This document shows positions 1-11,600 of a stretch of DNA of 64,000 bases, piece by piece; position 1 is the stretch's first letter, and every line of letters begins with the position of its first letter. Under the pieces are notes generated by a model, which was not told where the DNA came from, ran no database searches, and saw only the letters and a list, made by a program, of their open reading frames with translations. Made by a program: the position numbers and the translations under genes. The stretch covers positions 20,772,001 through 20,836,000 of the forward strand of contig NC_087436.1 of the NCBI RefSeq assembly GCF_036321535.1, given 5' to 3'. The stretch comes from Camelus dromedarius. Lineage: Eukaryota.

Positions 1-1760
1 ATTATTTATTTATATTATTTAATATAATTATCAGTATAGCTGAATTTAAATCAGCCATCATTTTATTTGCTCTCTCATCTCTCTCTTTTTTTTCATTTCC
101 TGAAATCTTTTGGATTGAGTATTTTAAAATGTACTGTTTTATAATTACTATTATTTTATTTTCACTACCTTTTAACTTTATTACCATTGCTAGGGTTTAC
201 CATATGGATCTTTATCTTATCACAGTTTACATTCAAATTATATCACTGTATGTACAATATAAAACCTTTTCAATACTTTACTTCTGCATGTGTTATAAAC
301 TGCAGAATACATTTGTATTATTTTTGTTTTAAACTGTCAGTTTTCATTTAAGTAATTTTAAAATGAGCATATTGTATTGTACTGTATTTCCCTATATTTT
401 TATTATTTTTGGTATTTTTTCATTCCTCTGTGTAGATCCAGGTTTATATCAGGTATCTCATCAGATATCTCTCTCTTTCTCTTTTTTTTCCTGCCTGAAG
501 AATATTCTCTAACATTCTTTATAATGTATTTTTGCTGATGTTAAATTCCCTCAGCTTCTGGTTATCTGAGAAAATTTATTTCATCTTTATAGTTTTGGAG
601 GCTATTTTGGTAGATTGAATAATCTAAATTGACAATATTTCCCTTCAGCACTTTAAAGATATTGTTTCATTATTTTCTGTCTGGCATAGTTTCGGACAAG
701 AAGTCTGTGTTATTTTTTTAAGTGAAAGCAAGTTTATTTAGAGAGATACATCATCTTTATTTTTGTTCCTCTAAGCATAATTTTTTTCTTTTGTTGCTTA
801 TGAAGTTTTGAATCATCACTGGTTGTTAGAAATTTTATTGTGATATTTCTTCATATGCTTTCATTTATGTTGATTCAACCTGAGTTTTGTTGAGTCTCTT
901 GGATCTTAAAGCTTATAGTTGTCATTAAAATTTGAAAACTTTTGCCATTATTTCTTCAAGTATTTCAATTACATAAATATGATGCTGCTTGATATTATCC
1001 ACAAGTCTCTGAGGCTGTCATTTTTTTCAGTCTCTTTTGCCTTTTGTGACTTATTATGGATAGTTTCTAATGATAAATCTTCAGGATCACTAATGTTTTC
1101 TTCTATTGTATCTAAAATGCTGTTGACTAAATTTAGTAGAAAGTATTTTTCCATATCTATTTTACATCTTCAAAATTTCTGTTTGGTTTTATTTTATATC
1201 TTTTATATATCTCATCATTATGTTTATTTTTTGTTTAAGACTTTGGGCAAAGTCAGCATAGTTACAAAATCCATTTTAAAATCTTTGTTTGTTAATTCCA
1301 CCCAATAGTCCTTTCTGGGTCTATTTCTGTTGTGTGATATTTTTCTTATTATTATGGGTCACATTTTCTTGCATCTTCTTCTATCTAATAATTGTGAGTT
1401 TTACTTTGTTGAGTTCTGGATTTTGTTATCTTCCTTCAAAGACTCTTGGATTATGTTGTGTTGTGGTTAAGTTACCTCCAGATCAGACTGATTTCTCTGA
1501 GGCTTTTTAATAAAGTCTTTTAAAGCACAAATCTAGAGTAGCCTTTACTCTAGGAAAAATTTAGCCCTACTGCTGTATTGTGATCCGCCTATAGTCTGTG
1601 CTTAGTAAGGTTTCTCCATTCTAACTGGAGGGAACTTGAACAATTCCAAACCATGTGCAAATTCTGGGAATTGTTTGGCTTACAATTCTCAAGTACTTTG
1701 TTCTTTACCTAGAACTTGTTTTTGCCTGACCTTGTGGAGTTTCACTCTCCACATACACAT
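1..1760 (-). mobile_element. Old LINE-1 (L1M-type) fragment spanning ORF1, the inter-ORF region and the start of ORF2
   Basis: Minus-strand ORF 969-1154 (LVNSILDTIEENISDPEDLSLETI...NDSLRDLW) resembles the L1 ORF1p coiled coil. ORF 2-187 ends MADLNSAILIIILNNIN, resembling the ORF2p endonuclease N-terminus. The plus strand is T-rich and the element is heavily degraded. Confidence 0.85.
713..750 (-). mobile_element. Micro-insertion: polyadenylated 3' tip of an ERV LTR transcript inside the old L1
   Basis: 720-744 (aagtgaaagcaagtttatttagaga) is identical to 17073-17097 of the solo LTR and is preceded by T7. The minus strand reads tgtatctctctaAATAAActtgctttcactt-A7. Confidence 0.75.
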
Positions 1761-1769
1761 ATTTAGAGC

Positions 1770-2025
1770 TAGAAATTATTCATCTTAGAGGTAGAAGTTT
1801 GTATTATTTGACCAATGTCTCCCTCTACCCCAGCCCCTGGTGTCCACCATTCTACTCTCAGTTTCTGAATTTGGTGTTTTTAGATTCCACATAGAAGCGA
1901 CAACATATAGTATTTGTCTTTCTCCATCTGACTTATTTCATTTAGCATAATGCCCTCAGGTTCCATCTACGTTGTCACAAAAGGCAGGATTTCCTTCTTT
2001 TTTATGACTGAATGATACTCTATTT
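1770..2025 (-). mobile_element. L1 3' UTR fragment (L1MA/L1MB-like)
   Basis: Typical antisense L1 3' end: ttttagattccacat...tttgtctttctccatctgacttatttcatttagcataatgccctcaggttccatc...gcaggatttccttctttttt. Confidence 0.85.
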
Positions 2026-4509
2026 TACCAAGTTAAGGAAGTTCTCTTCTATTGTTAGTTTTGTAACATTAAAGGAAAACACAAAACAATAAGTGGTGTG
2101 GAAATGTATAAAGCTTGGTAAGCACCTTAACCCTTACTACTTTGTTCAGGGTGGAAGGTGGAGGGCAGTGGGAAGAGTTTGTCAAGAACCAAAAACACCA
2201 AGAAGCTGTCCTGTCTTTTCATTAAACATCATACCATTAGTTCCCCCTATGTCTTTCAATATGTAAAAGTAAGATTTCTTTTAACATAATTATGCAAAGT
2301 ATCAAACAAAAGCTTAAGTATATACCCGGCTCCCGTATTTGATAATTCTAAATGTTTCTCTATGTTGAAAAGCATATTGATGACTTTATAATTTAGAGCA
2401 TTTTATTAAGTGTGGCTCCAAATCTTGCCTTTGTCATACTGAGCAAAATTCAAATAATGGGGCCATAATTATTATTATAAAAACAGTATCTCAAAATTAA
2501 GAATTATATGTGTTTTAGGACTGACAATAAACTAGTATAAGAAGTGTATTTAGAGGGAAGGTGAAACCTAGGCCTCACTAAGGCTCTCACCTGAAAAGTA
2601 ATTGCTGTCAAATGTTGACAAGTCAATCCAATGAAAACCATTCATCTATAAAGATCATTTACACGAAACTTTCAAATTCAATTTAAAAATATTTCAGAAG
2701 GGCCTTGGTAGCTCAATCAGACTAGATCCAGGCAGACAGAAGATTTTTTTAGAAAGAGTTTGTGGTCAAAATAATGAATGTTCTGAAAAATAACTTTATT
2801 TTTGAAAACATTCAAAGCAGACAGAGCCAAGAATTTTCTGAATTTTCACAGGCTTTATTTTTCAGCTCTATGGGTAGAAAACGAAGACTATAAGATCATA
2901 ATAAAAAAAAAATGTCACAGGCAGGTTAACTTTAAGATTTCAGGCACAGTAAAATGCAGTTGTGTCATTTTCATGCTGCGGTCCAGTTTTCTGGTTTGAG
3001 TATTGGGTGCCTGTGAACCTTTGACAGGATAACATTTTTGCTTCCACCTGCTCACATGAAATGTTTACTCAACTGCCACTTCTCCACAGGGTTTTTTTTT
3101 TTTTTCTTGTGTGAAATTATTTTCAAAAGTACTTCAAGGAATACTTCTTTATTTCAGACAACTTAATGGCTACTTTACAACTGTAAGATGTGGCTTCTTA
3201 TGGTGTATGTGCATTTCCTTTAATAAAAGAGTAGACTAAAGAGATTAGGAGACTCTGAAACAAAGCTTGGAGTAATTCTAACTGTGCTGTCTTCAAGTGT
3301 GGCCATCTGCTCTCGCCTTCAAACATTTGATTTTGGGGCAAGGACATCATTGGGAGTGGAGAGACTTTGCAAATTAAAAATAGATTTTTAAGATAATCGG
3401 AAAGTGGAAAATAGATAAGTAAGACCACCTCTCCCTCTTAGGAGTGGGGACCAGAATTAAGCCACAAATGAAGAACAAACCACTGATGACCGGGAGATAG
3501 GATTTCCACATATATCACTTGGAAATGTATTCGGTATGCAGAAACTTGAAACACATGTTAGGGCCATTCCTTTCTTTTCCACCTCAAACTTCCAGCCTGT
3601 GCCAGCACCCTGCCCCCAAATTTCCACTTCCTTCTCCCCACCACCAGAGGGTAGAGGGGCGTGAAGGGGGAAGCGCGGGCAGCAAGACACAGTGGGATGA
3701 TGGGGGCTCTGGATGTCCCAACACCAGGACTCTGATACCAGCTCAGCTCTGAGCTCATTCTGGAATGAAGTTTAAGCCATTTCTCTTCTCTGAGCCTCAT
3801 TTTCACCACTTGTCAGGTGAGAGAGAACTAGATGCTCCCATGGTTTCTTTCAGTTCAGGAGTTTGATGACTATGTCTGACTCTCTCACTCACCAGTTAAT
3901 TCTGCCGCTGTTAGGGTTTGGCCCTTTTTCTTTTGCACCTAAATTATTCCCCTTTACACACTCTGTCAGGCCTTGACATCACCAGCAGCTCTTCCTGAGT
4001 AAATCATTCCTTTGTGGGTGCTAGTAGGCAGCAGAGACACCATCAATGACAAGAGAGACATTCTGAACTGAGAACTGCTGGGAGGGACTTTAAAAAGCTT
4101 CCCTAAGGATTGTCAGAGGAAGGGGCTCACACTACCAGGCTTCATTCCCTCCCTTTTCTCTGTTAACTGGATGATTTAGGCAAGATTCCTGATCCTTTCA
4201 GTCTTAGTTTTCAGTCTTGGTCAAGTCGAATAAGGATAAATGACCTCTTTGCATAAATCCAGCTGAGATCTTATTTGGTGCACTTAACCTATAAAGAAAA
4301 GTATTGCTATGCACGTACAGGTAACATTTTTGGATGGGTGTTTGTAAATGAAGCCGCATTGAAGGAGTATTCAAAAGAGCTTTTTGGGCCAACTGTTTTG
4401 AAAAGATGTCTGCAGACGGATTAAAATAGAGCTTCATCCTTTGGGTCACTGCCTGAGGGGCTCCTCCAGGTTGCCTCTGGCTGCTCTTTCCCCAGACTGT
4501 TACTTGTAA

Positions 4510-5056
4510 GCTTTCTACACACCTTTCCTATCTCAGCATCAACGTCACCTCCCAAGAGAATCCTTGGATCACTGTCTCAAGACCGTCTTCCCTCACAAGC
4601 CTCTCTCCATCCCATCCTCCTCATTTAATACAGTTCCTGGATCCAAACACCTCTGAAAACTAAAAGAATATTCCTCTTAATTTGAGTGCAAACTAATGAG
4701 TACTGTAATCTTTATTCAATTTACCGTGAACATTTATATACTTGATTATGGTCACATGAATGTTTGACTATGGGGTGCTGACTCAGACCCTGTTGGTTTA
4801 ACACATAACACTGTACTACTTTCCAAGTTAAAAAAATCCTTAATTTTGAAATACTTGTAGTCCCAATGGTTTTGGATAAAAGATTGTCCTGTCCTACCTA
4901 ATTTTCTCCTGTGTACTATTTAGCTGAGTTCTTTAGTGTATTTATTTTCTTGTTTCCCCAACTAGAATGATAGCAGGGACCTGTGTCTCTTGTTCACTCT
5001 CTATCCAGAAACCAGAGCAGTAACTGGGTACTTAAATATTTAAGTGAGTGAGTGAT
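4510..5056 (+). mobile_element. LINE-2 3' end, interrupted by a DNA transposon relic
   Basis: aacgtcacctcccaagag...; ccccaactagaatg...cagggacctgtgtctcttgttcact...taaatatttaagtgagtgagtga resembles the L2 terminus. Confidence 0.6.
4628..4892. mobile_element. TcMar-Tigger-type DNA transposon relic nested in L2
   Basis: The right end gaaatacttgtagtcccaatggttttggataaaagattgtcctg resembles Tigger/MER46-type termini. Subfamily not resolved. Confidence 0.5.
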
Positions 5057-5329
5057 TTCTTTCACATGTAAAGTACCTAGTGTTCTTTATACAGATTTGG
5101 CTGAGCGAGGTGATGTCAGAGAAAGCTTGTTGAAAGAACTGATGTCAAATCTGACTTCAGTAATTACCTAAACAAAGGAGAGAAGTTCAGTGTGGCTGAT
5201 GGACAGACTTCAAGCCGGGCTCAGTGAGGGATGAGACCAGAGAGCAACTGAAGGGTTTTTAAGTTATGTTAAGGGATTAGGATTTTATCCTGCTGGCAAA
5301 AGGGGAGTGATGATGGGATAAGGGTATCA

Positions 5330-5495
5330 ACTCATTTAATCCTGCCAACAACCTGGAAAGCAGGTGCTGTTATTCCATTTTACACGTAAGACGTTTGAGA
5401 GTCAGGGAAGTTTTGGGACTTGCCCAGCATGGCATGTTTAATTTGTGGCAGAGCTGTGACTAATCCAGATTGTGTGGCTCTAGCCTTCACACTTC
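5330..5495 (-). mobile_element. MIR SINE
   Basis: ctcatttaatcctgccaacaacc...ttattccattttac...acttgcccagc...gtggcagagctg, the antisense MIR core. Confidence 0.75.
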
Positions 5496-5781
5496 CTTTT
5501 AGAAAAATGGTGAAACATATATAAGAAGTGGAAGACCTTGATGATGAAAAGTCACCACTACCAGCATGAAATAACAGCCCTCAAGTGTCCTGGTGGCTGG
5601 AACACTAGGATGACGGGATCATGGGCTCGCTTTCTGGGCTAATCAGGTTTGATGGGTGCCACAGACGGACTTGGCTTTTACTTCCGTCAGCAGTTTCTAA
5701 TGAGTACACATGTGCTAGCTGTGGAAGGGACGGCCGGGCGAGGTCGAGCAGATGAACGTAGGTCAAGTATCGCTGCATTAG

Positions 5782-6587
5782 TTGCAAATCCAAACCACAA
5801 TGAGATGTCACCTCACACCTGTCAGAAGGGCTATTATCAAAAAGAACACAAATGTTGGTGAGGATGTGAAGAAAAGGGAGCCCTCCAACACTGTTGGTGG
5901 GAATGTAAATTGGTGTGGTCACTGTAGAAAACAGTATGGAATTTTTCTCAAAAAACTAAAAGTAGAATTACCATATGACCCAGCATTTCCACTCCTGGGT
6001 ATGTATCTGAAAAAAACAAAAATACTAATTCAAAAAGATACATATACCCCAATGTTCTTAGCAGCATTATTTACAATTGCCAAGATTTGGAAGCAACTCA
6101 AATGTCTATCAACAGATGATAGACAAAGAAGATGTGGTATATATATGCACAATGGAATATTACTCAGCCATAGAAAAGAATGAAATTTTGCCATTTGCAG
6201 CAACATGAATGGACCTGGAGGCCTATGCTAAGTAAAATAAGTCAGACAGAGAAACAAATCCTGTATATTACTTATATGTGGAATCTAAAAAATACAACAA
6301 ATTAGTAAATATAACAAAAAAGCAGACTCACAGATATAGAGAACAAACTAGTCATTGCCAGTGGGAAGAGGAAAGGGGGGAGGGGCAATATAGGGGCAGG
6401 GGATTAAGAGGTACAAACCATCAGGTATAAAATAAGCTGTAAGGATTTACTGTACAACACAGGGAATATAGCCAGTATTTTATAATAACTATAAATGGGG
6501 TATAACCTTTGAACATTGTGAATCACTATATTGTCCACCTGTAACTTCTATAATATTGTACAGCAGCTATGCTTCATTTTTTTTTTA
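5782..6587 (+). mobile_element. 5'-truncated LINE-1 (ORF2 C-terminus plus 3' UTR) with a 17-bp TSD
   Basis: ORF 5782-6183 (MQIQTTMRCHLTPVR...ELPYDPAFPLLG...FTIAKIWKQLKC) is the L1 ORF2p C-terminus. TSD aagtatcgctgcattag (5765-5781) / aagtatcattgcattag (6588-6604). Confidence 0.95.
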
Positions 6588-7055
6588 AAGTATCATTGCA
6601 TTAGAAAGACCAGCACAGAAGCCCAGCCCACTTGTGTCAGCCAAAGGGATAGAGGGCAGCGCGTATTAACTGCCGTGCTCAGGCGTAATGAAAGGTATGG
6701 GACCCTCGTTGGCCACTTCTGGAGGCGACATGAAACTAGGAAACTGTTAGAAGAGTTTAAAAGTCATATCCAGATCCCTGTATTCCTTCTTCTTATCAGA
6801 ATCTACTGGCTTTAGTTTCTGCCTTTCAAGCTTTACAAGTCCATCCTGAAGACCACATGGTTACTTCTGTGTTATTTCAAAATGCCAAATGGCTAAGGCG
6901 CATACATTTCTCATAGTTTCTGAGATCTGTTGTTGCTTGCAACCTACATTTTTCAACCATCCTCTATGAGTAGCATATTTCATGGACCACTAGCTCCAAC
7001 AAAGGCCCAGCCTTGAACTTTGTAAGTGATTGGGTTGGTAGAGTCACTGCCCTCC

Positions 7056-7282
7056 GGGGAAAAAAAAAAAGAAAGAAAGAAAGGAAGGAAGAAAGAAAAA
7101 GAAAGAAAGAAAAAGAAAGAGAGAAAGAGAGAGAGAAAGAGAGAAGGAGGGAGGGAGGAAGGAAGGAAGGAAGAGAAAGAAAAGGAAGGAAGAGAAAGAA
7201 AGGAAGGAAGGAAGAGAAAGAAAGAAAGAATTGAAGGAAGGAAGGAAGGAAGAAAGAAAGAAAAGAAAGGAAAGAAAGAAAG
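7056..7282 (+). repeat. Polypurine compound microsatellite (GAAA/GGAA/GA)n
   Basis: About 227 bp of purines interrupted only by TT at 7231-7232. Confidence 0.97.
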
Positions 7283-7474
7283 TCCCCATAAATCGCTATG
7301 GCTCATCTCTATAATGTTTTCTGAGACACGCGGTATGCCTGTAAGTTTTCTCTCTCTTTTTGCTCACCCTGGGAGCCCTTCCCTCAGGGAAAAAACAAAG
7401 GACATATTTTGACTTGTGTTAGAGGTCCTTATAAAGACCTAGAAAGGAAATATCTGCCAGTTAGGTAGCAGGAC

Positions 7475-7700
7475 TGTGGTGTGGTGTAGTAGTCATGAAA
7501 ATCAGAGGACCTGGGTCTGATTACCAATTCTGTCACTCTCTGGCTGTGATCTCTAGGAAGAGCATCTGATCTCTCTGAGCCTCAGTTTTCCTACCTATAA
7601 AATGAGATAATAATATCCACCTCCTAGGGATGTTGTGAGCATTAAGTGAGATTATACACATGAAATGTGCTTTAAAAATGTACAAATGTCTACTACTAAT
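7475..7700 (+). mobile_element. MIR SINE
   Basis: gacctgggtctg...ggctgtgatct...tctctgagcctcagttttcctacctataaaatgagataataata...gttgtgagcattaagtgaga. Confidence 0.85.
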
Positions 7701-8133
7701 ATTAATAATACTGATAGTAATAGGAAAACTCAAGGACCTTTAAAAATCAGGGTAAATTCATATTTGTTTGGATATTACCTGTGGAAATTGATTGAATGGT
7801 TTCTCAGGAACCAGAGAGGAATCTCATCTGTGCAGTTTCATGAAAGTTGCTTCATAAGGAGTTTGGTTGAATTAATGAGGAATGTGAGCAAAAGCTAAAA
7901 GTATCTTAGAAAGAAAAAAAAAAAAAACCCCAGAGCAATACCATGGTTAACATTCAGCATGTCAAGTAACATGTTTGATATATTTTAGTGACGTATTTGA
8001 GACAGTTTTGCAACCGTCAGGCTGTTGGTGTGCTGTAGTGCAAGAGGTTGTGACACTCCGTGACAGGCCACAGGAATCCACAGATGACCTGAATTCAGCA
8101 CGTGGACCTTACAGAGTTAAGGATCACATTCAA

Positions 8134-8182
8134 AAATGAATGAATAAATGAATTAAATTAAATTAAATTAAATTTTTAAGTA
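8134..8182 (+). mobile_element. Tail-only retroposon insertion flanked by a 15-bp TSD
   Basis: aaggatcacattcaa (8119-8133) and aaggagcacattcaa (8183-8197) flank an A-rich (AATG/AATTA)n tract. Confidence 0.55.
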
Positions 8183-8429
8183 AAGGAGCACATTCAATTA
8201 TCCTGGGGATCAGTAGTCCAAGGTTTGGTAAAAAATGCAGGTAGAGGACTAGCAAAAAAAAAAAAAAAAAAAAAAAAAATACCGGCAGCTATGGGGCCTT
8301 AAATCCTTAAATTCTAAATGATCATTACAAGAGCTTGAACAATAATCAAAGTTTGTCAGTAAGAGAGGCTTCTTGGCAGGGCCGCTAGTAACAGGTTTTG
8401 AATTCAGTAAAATCTATACTCATACTTCT

Positions 8430-8610
8430 GCTTTGATATTTTCTTGTCTGAGACCTTCATCAGGTTACTTAGTCTGAACCTATTTAGGAATCTGTAACAT
8501 GGAGACAGTAGCGGTACCCTCATAACATTACTGACTTCCCTAAATAAAGCGGTGGATATAAGCTCAGACCAGTGCCTGAAGTAAGCACTCAGTAAATGAT
8601 TACTGTATTT
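8430..8610 (+). mobile_element. MIR SINE (degraded)
   Basis: gagaccttcatcaggttactt...atctgtaacatggaga...cagtgcctgaagtaagcactcagtaaatg. Confidence 0.6.
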
Positions 8611-11600
8611 ATAGATTATTTCAAAAATTAAAGAAAAAACAAAACCCTGGTCTTTCATTCTATTTCTGCAACATCCTTTCTCCAAAGAAGAGAATGAACC
8701 AACCAGGAGCAAAATCGAATGCTGTATAGTTTTGATTCCGTGTGCATTTCTTTTGTAATGAAAGAGTAAATAAAAGAAAAGGACTTAGATATGCAGTCTC
8801 TGAATTACTGGGTCCACAGCCTGGTGAGAGCTCAGGCAGGTGTTGGGTCTTACGAACCTGAGGTTTTGCCAAGTGCTTGTACTCAACATGAAATTAAAAA
8901 AAAAAAAATAGCCTAGCATTGTACGCCATCCAGTAGCACTTGTGGTGTAGTGCTTTTTGGAAAGAGCTCCTAGGTGGGGAAAAGAAATATGAAAGCAATG
9001 GAGTTTTACCAAACCTGTGAGAGTGCAGAGGAAATCCTTTATTTGTTGAAGAAACGGTGCTCTTACTTTTGTAGAAATGGGCCAGAGTCCAGAGGGAAAG
9101 AAGAGGAAACAAACCAGGGGAGATATGCCGTGATAAGCAGCAGAGCCTGACGGGAACCACACACAGGAACCTGTTTGCCACCTGCAGCAAGAAGCAGAAG
9201 CAACAGCTGGAACTTTCTGGTCCCAATCGACCTACTTACTGCCTAGAGGGCCCAGCCAGAGACAACTGCTGTGTTGACTGAGACGAGAGACGTCTCAGTG
9301 GGGCCTCTAAAAGGGGAGAAATCCAAAAGGACGCCAGGATAGGGGGTGTCAGTCTTAGAAGGACAGTAAAACACTTATGTTCAGAGGTACATCAACTATA
9401 GTTCTAAGCTCTGTTCCCTGGGGAGGCCTGGAGGAGAGACCACAGGCTTAGCTGCTGCGGGGAGTGGTACCTCCACCCCCTCCCTTGGCCCTGGATGCAG
9501 AGCATGGTTTATGGATGGGCAGCAGGAGAACACCGCTTTGTACTTCCTGGCTCTGCTCTGCGATGCCCTGTGGTCCAAAAGAGACACATGCTCCCTCTAG
9601 AGATGAATGGGTGTGAAACTGTGAAGGTAAATAGGACTCGCCTTCCCCCTCTCTATTTCAAATACTCAATTGAAAAACAATCTTATAAAGAGAGCTTTAT
9701 TGTATAACAACACTGAAGAAAAAAAAAGTTGAGTGCCTCCAGGGATCGAGGATACACAGACATTCTTTTGATGAGCCTGTAAGCAATGCTGTTACTAAGC
9801 ACCTAGAGAATAAACAGCTTTTCTCTAAGTGCAGTTACTTGCAGGGATCAAAGCAGCAATGGCAGTGAAGAGGCGGATAAAAATGATACGACGTTTGGAT
9901 CTTTAGGAGCTCTAGGCAGGTGAAAAATCATTACTGAAATGGGGAAAAAATGGCAGAGTGATGTTGGGAATCTGGGTTTTGAAATGATGGGGGCTACCAC
10001 CATTGGAACTGGTGATGTGGAAGCCTGCAGCTGCAAGCAAGGTGGCTGGGAAGCTGGGTGGGAGGATGGACAAAGGAGCTGGCAGGCAGGTGCGGGAGGT
10101 GTCAAGAAGCCGACTGTCTGTCTCCCCTATCGTCGTCCTCCACAATCTAGACTCCATCCCCACCTTTAGAGACGCTACGTAGTGGGCTCTAGAGAGAGCG
10201 ATGAGGAGACAAGGGAAGGATAAAATGAAGGTCAGAGGAAGGAGGGCTGGGAAGAGTCTTGGAAACCTTTGCAAACACAGAGGTGTACAAAGTTCAGGGA
10301 ACCGCCATGTTCTTGCGCTCTCCACCCCGCTGCAAGCTTTGACGTTGCAGTTCTGTGTTGCAGTTGTGTTCTGCGTTTGAGAGAGAATGATTGACAACTG
10401 GATCGCACCCGAGCACCGCCCACAGCAGAGAGCACTGGCGGCCCTAGGTGCGTTTCCGGATCTTCCTACAGGGACCATTTTCTACCTCTTTTCCCTTCCC
10501 TTCCTCTTCCTCTTCTGACTCTCTCCGCTGTTTTCTGTTTCTGGCTCTGTCTCTTTCTCTTCCTTTTGTTGGTGTTGGTTTTCCCTTTAAGTTTACTTTT
10601 ACCTACCACCCAGGGTGGCAGTTATTTATTTTCGAAACTGTTATGTAAGGGAGGAGACGTGGGTACTCTGGCTTCTGGAGGACGGAGCAGCAACTCAGGG
10701 GCAGAGAACTTACCTGATCTAACCCCCAGGGCTGCTCCCTCCTTAGCCTCCATGCAAGCAAAGGCATCATTTAACACATAGTTGTGAGAAACACGAGGCC
10801 AAATACTAAACCCTTTGGCATACGCTGGCCTCCGGAACAACACAATTTTTCTTCACTTACCGTCATGACTGCTAAAGAAAGGGGTACAGAGCACTTGAAT
10901 TGCAGAGCACCGGGGAAATAAAGACAGTTAAGCAAATATTAGTTCATGCATGGTGATCCTCTCCTTTGTGTACACTTTGAACTAAAACAACAGCCTCTTA
11001 GCAGAGTGGTTGAAGTTAAAGTGTTCTGACACACATTAAAAAAAAGAAGAAGAATATTTTAAACAGCAGTCTGCCCCTGTACTATACAAAGCCTCCCAAA
11101 GTTTCAGTAGGATGGAATTAATGTGCTCTTAAGGTGTCTGCTTCTTGCCCTGGTACAAAAGTAAGTAGAATATAATTAGTTATTCAGTGACATTGGAATT
11201 CTAAAGGTGATAAAAGAAAAGGAAATATTCTGGAGTCAGAGTGCCCAGTTTGACTACTGCCAGAGAGTTAATACATTAATGAGGAAATACTGGACCTAAA
11301 TGTGCTAAATTCATTATTTTTTCTGCTGCTAGAATTTTGTTTGGATAACTGAAAAAGATGAAGTGGAAAAAGGAGACATTCACGTCTCATATGGAAGGAA
11401 AGGCCTGGTGGTGTCTGATATTGGAGAACAGATTTTTCTAGGACTATTCATTCTAGTGAAAATATTACCTTTGTGTCTCTGCCAAGGGGAGCGTTTTCAT
11501 TTGTGATTCAGGATTATTTACCCTGTTGTGGTTGTTTCATTCTCCTTTAAAATTCTTCCCTTTTTCTTTACTACTTGTTTGGCTTTCAAACTGCAGCCTG

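Noticed and set aside
5782..6183. 133-aa ORF (also 37263-37616 and 42441-42644)
   Set aside because: These are fragments of truncated L1 ORF2, not host genes.
6980..7412. Lys/Glu/Arg-rich and Phe/Ser/Leu-rich ORFs
   Set aside because: They are translations of the polypurine microsatellite.
9277..9299. 9-bp inverted repeat actgagacg/cgtctcagt (similar short ones near 46440 and 51820)
   Set aside because: Stems this short with loops are expected by chance in 64 kb and are too short for a pre-miRNA.
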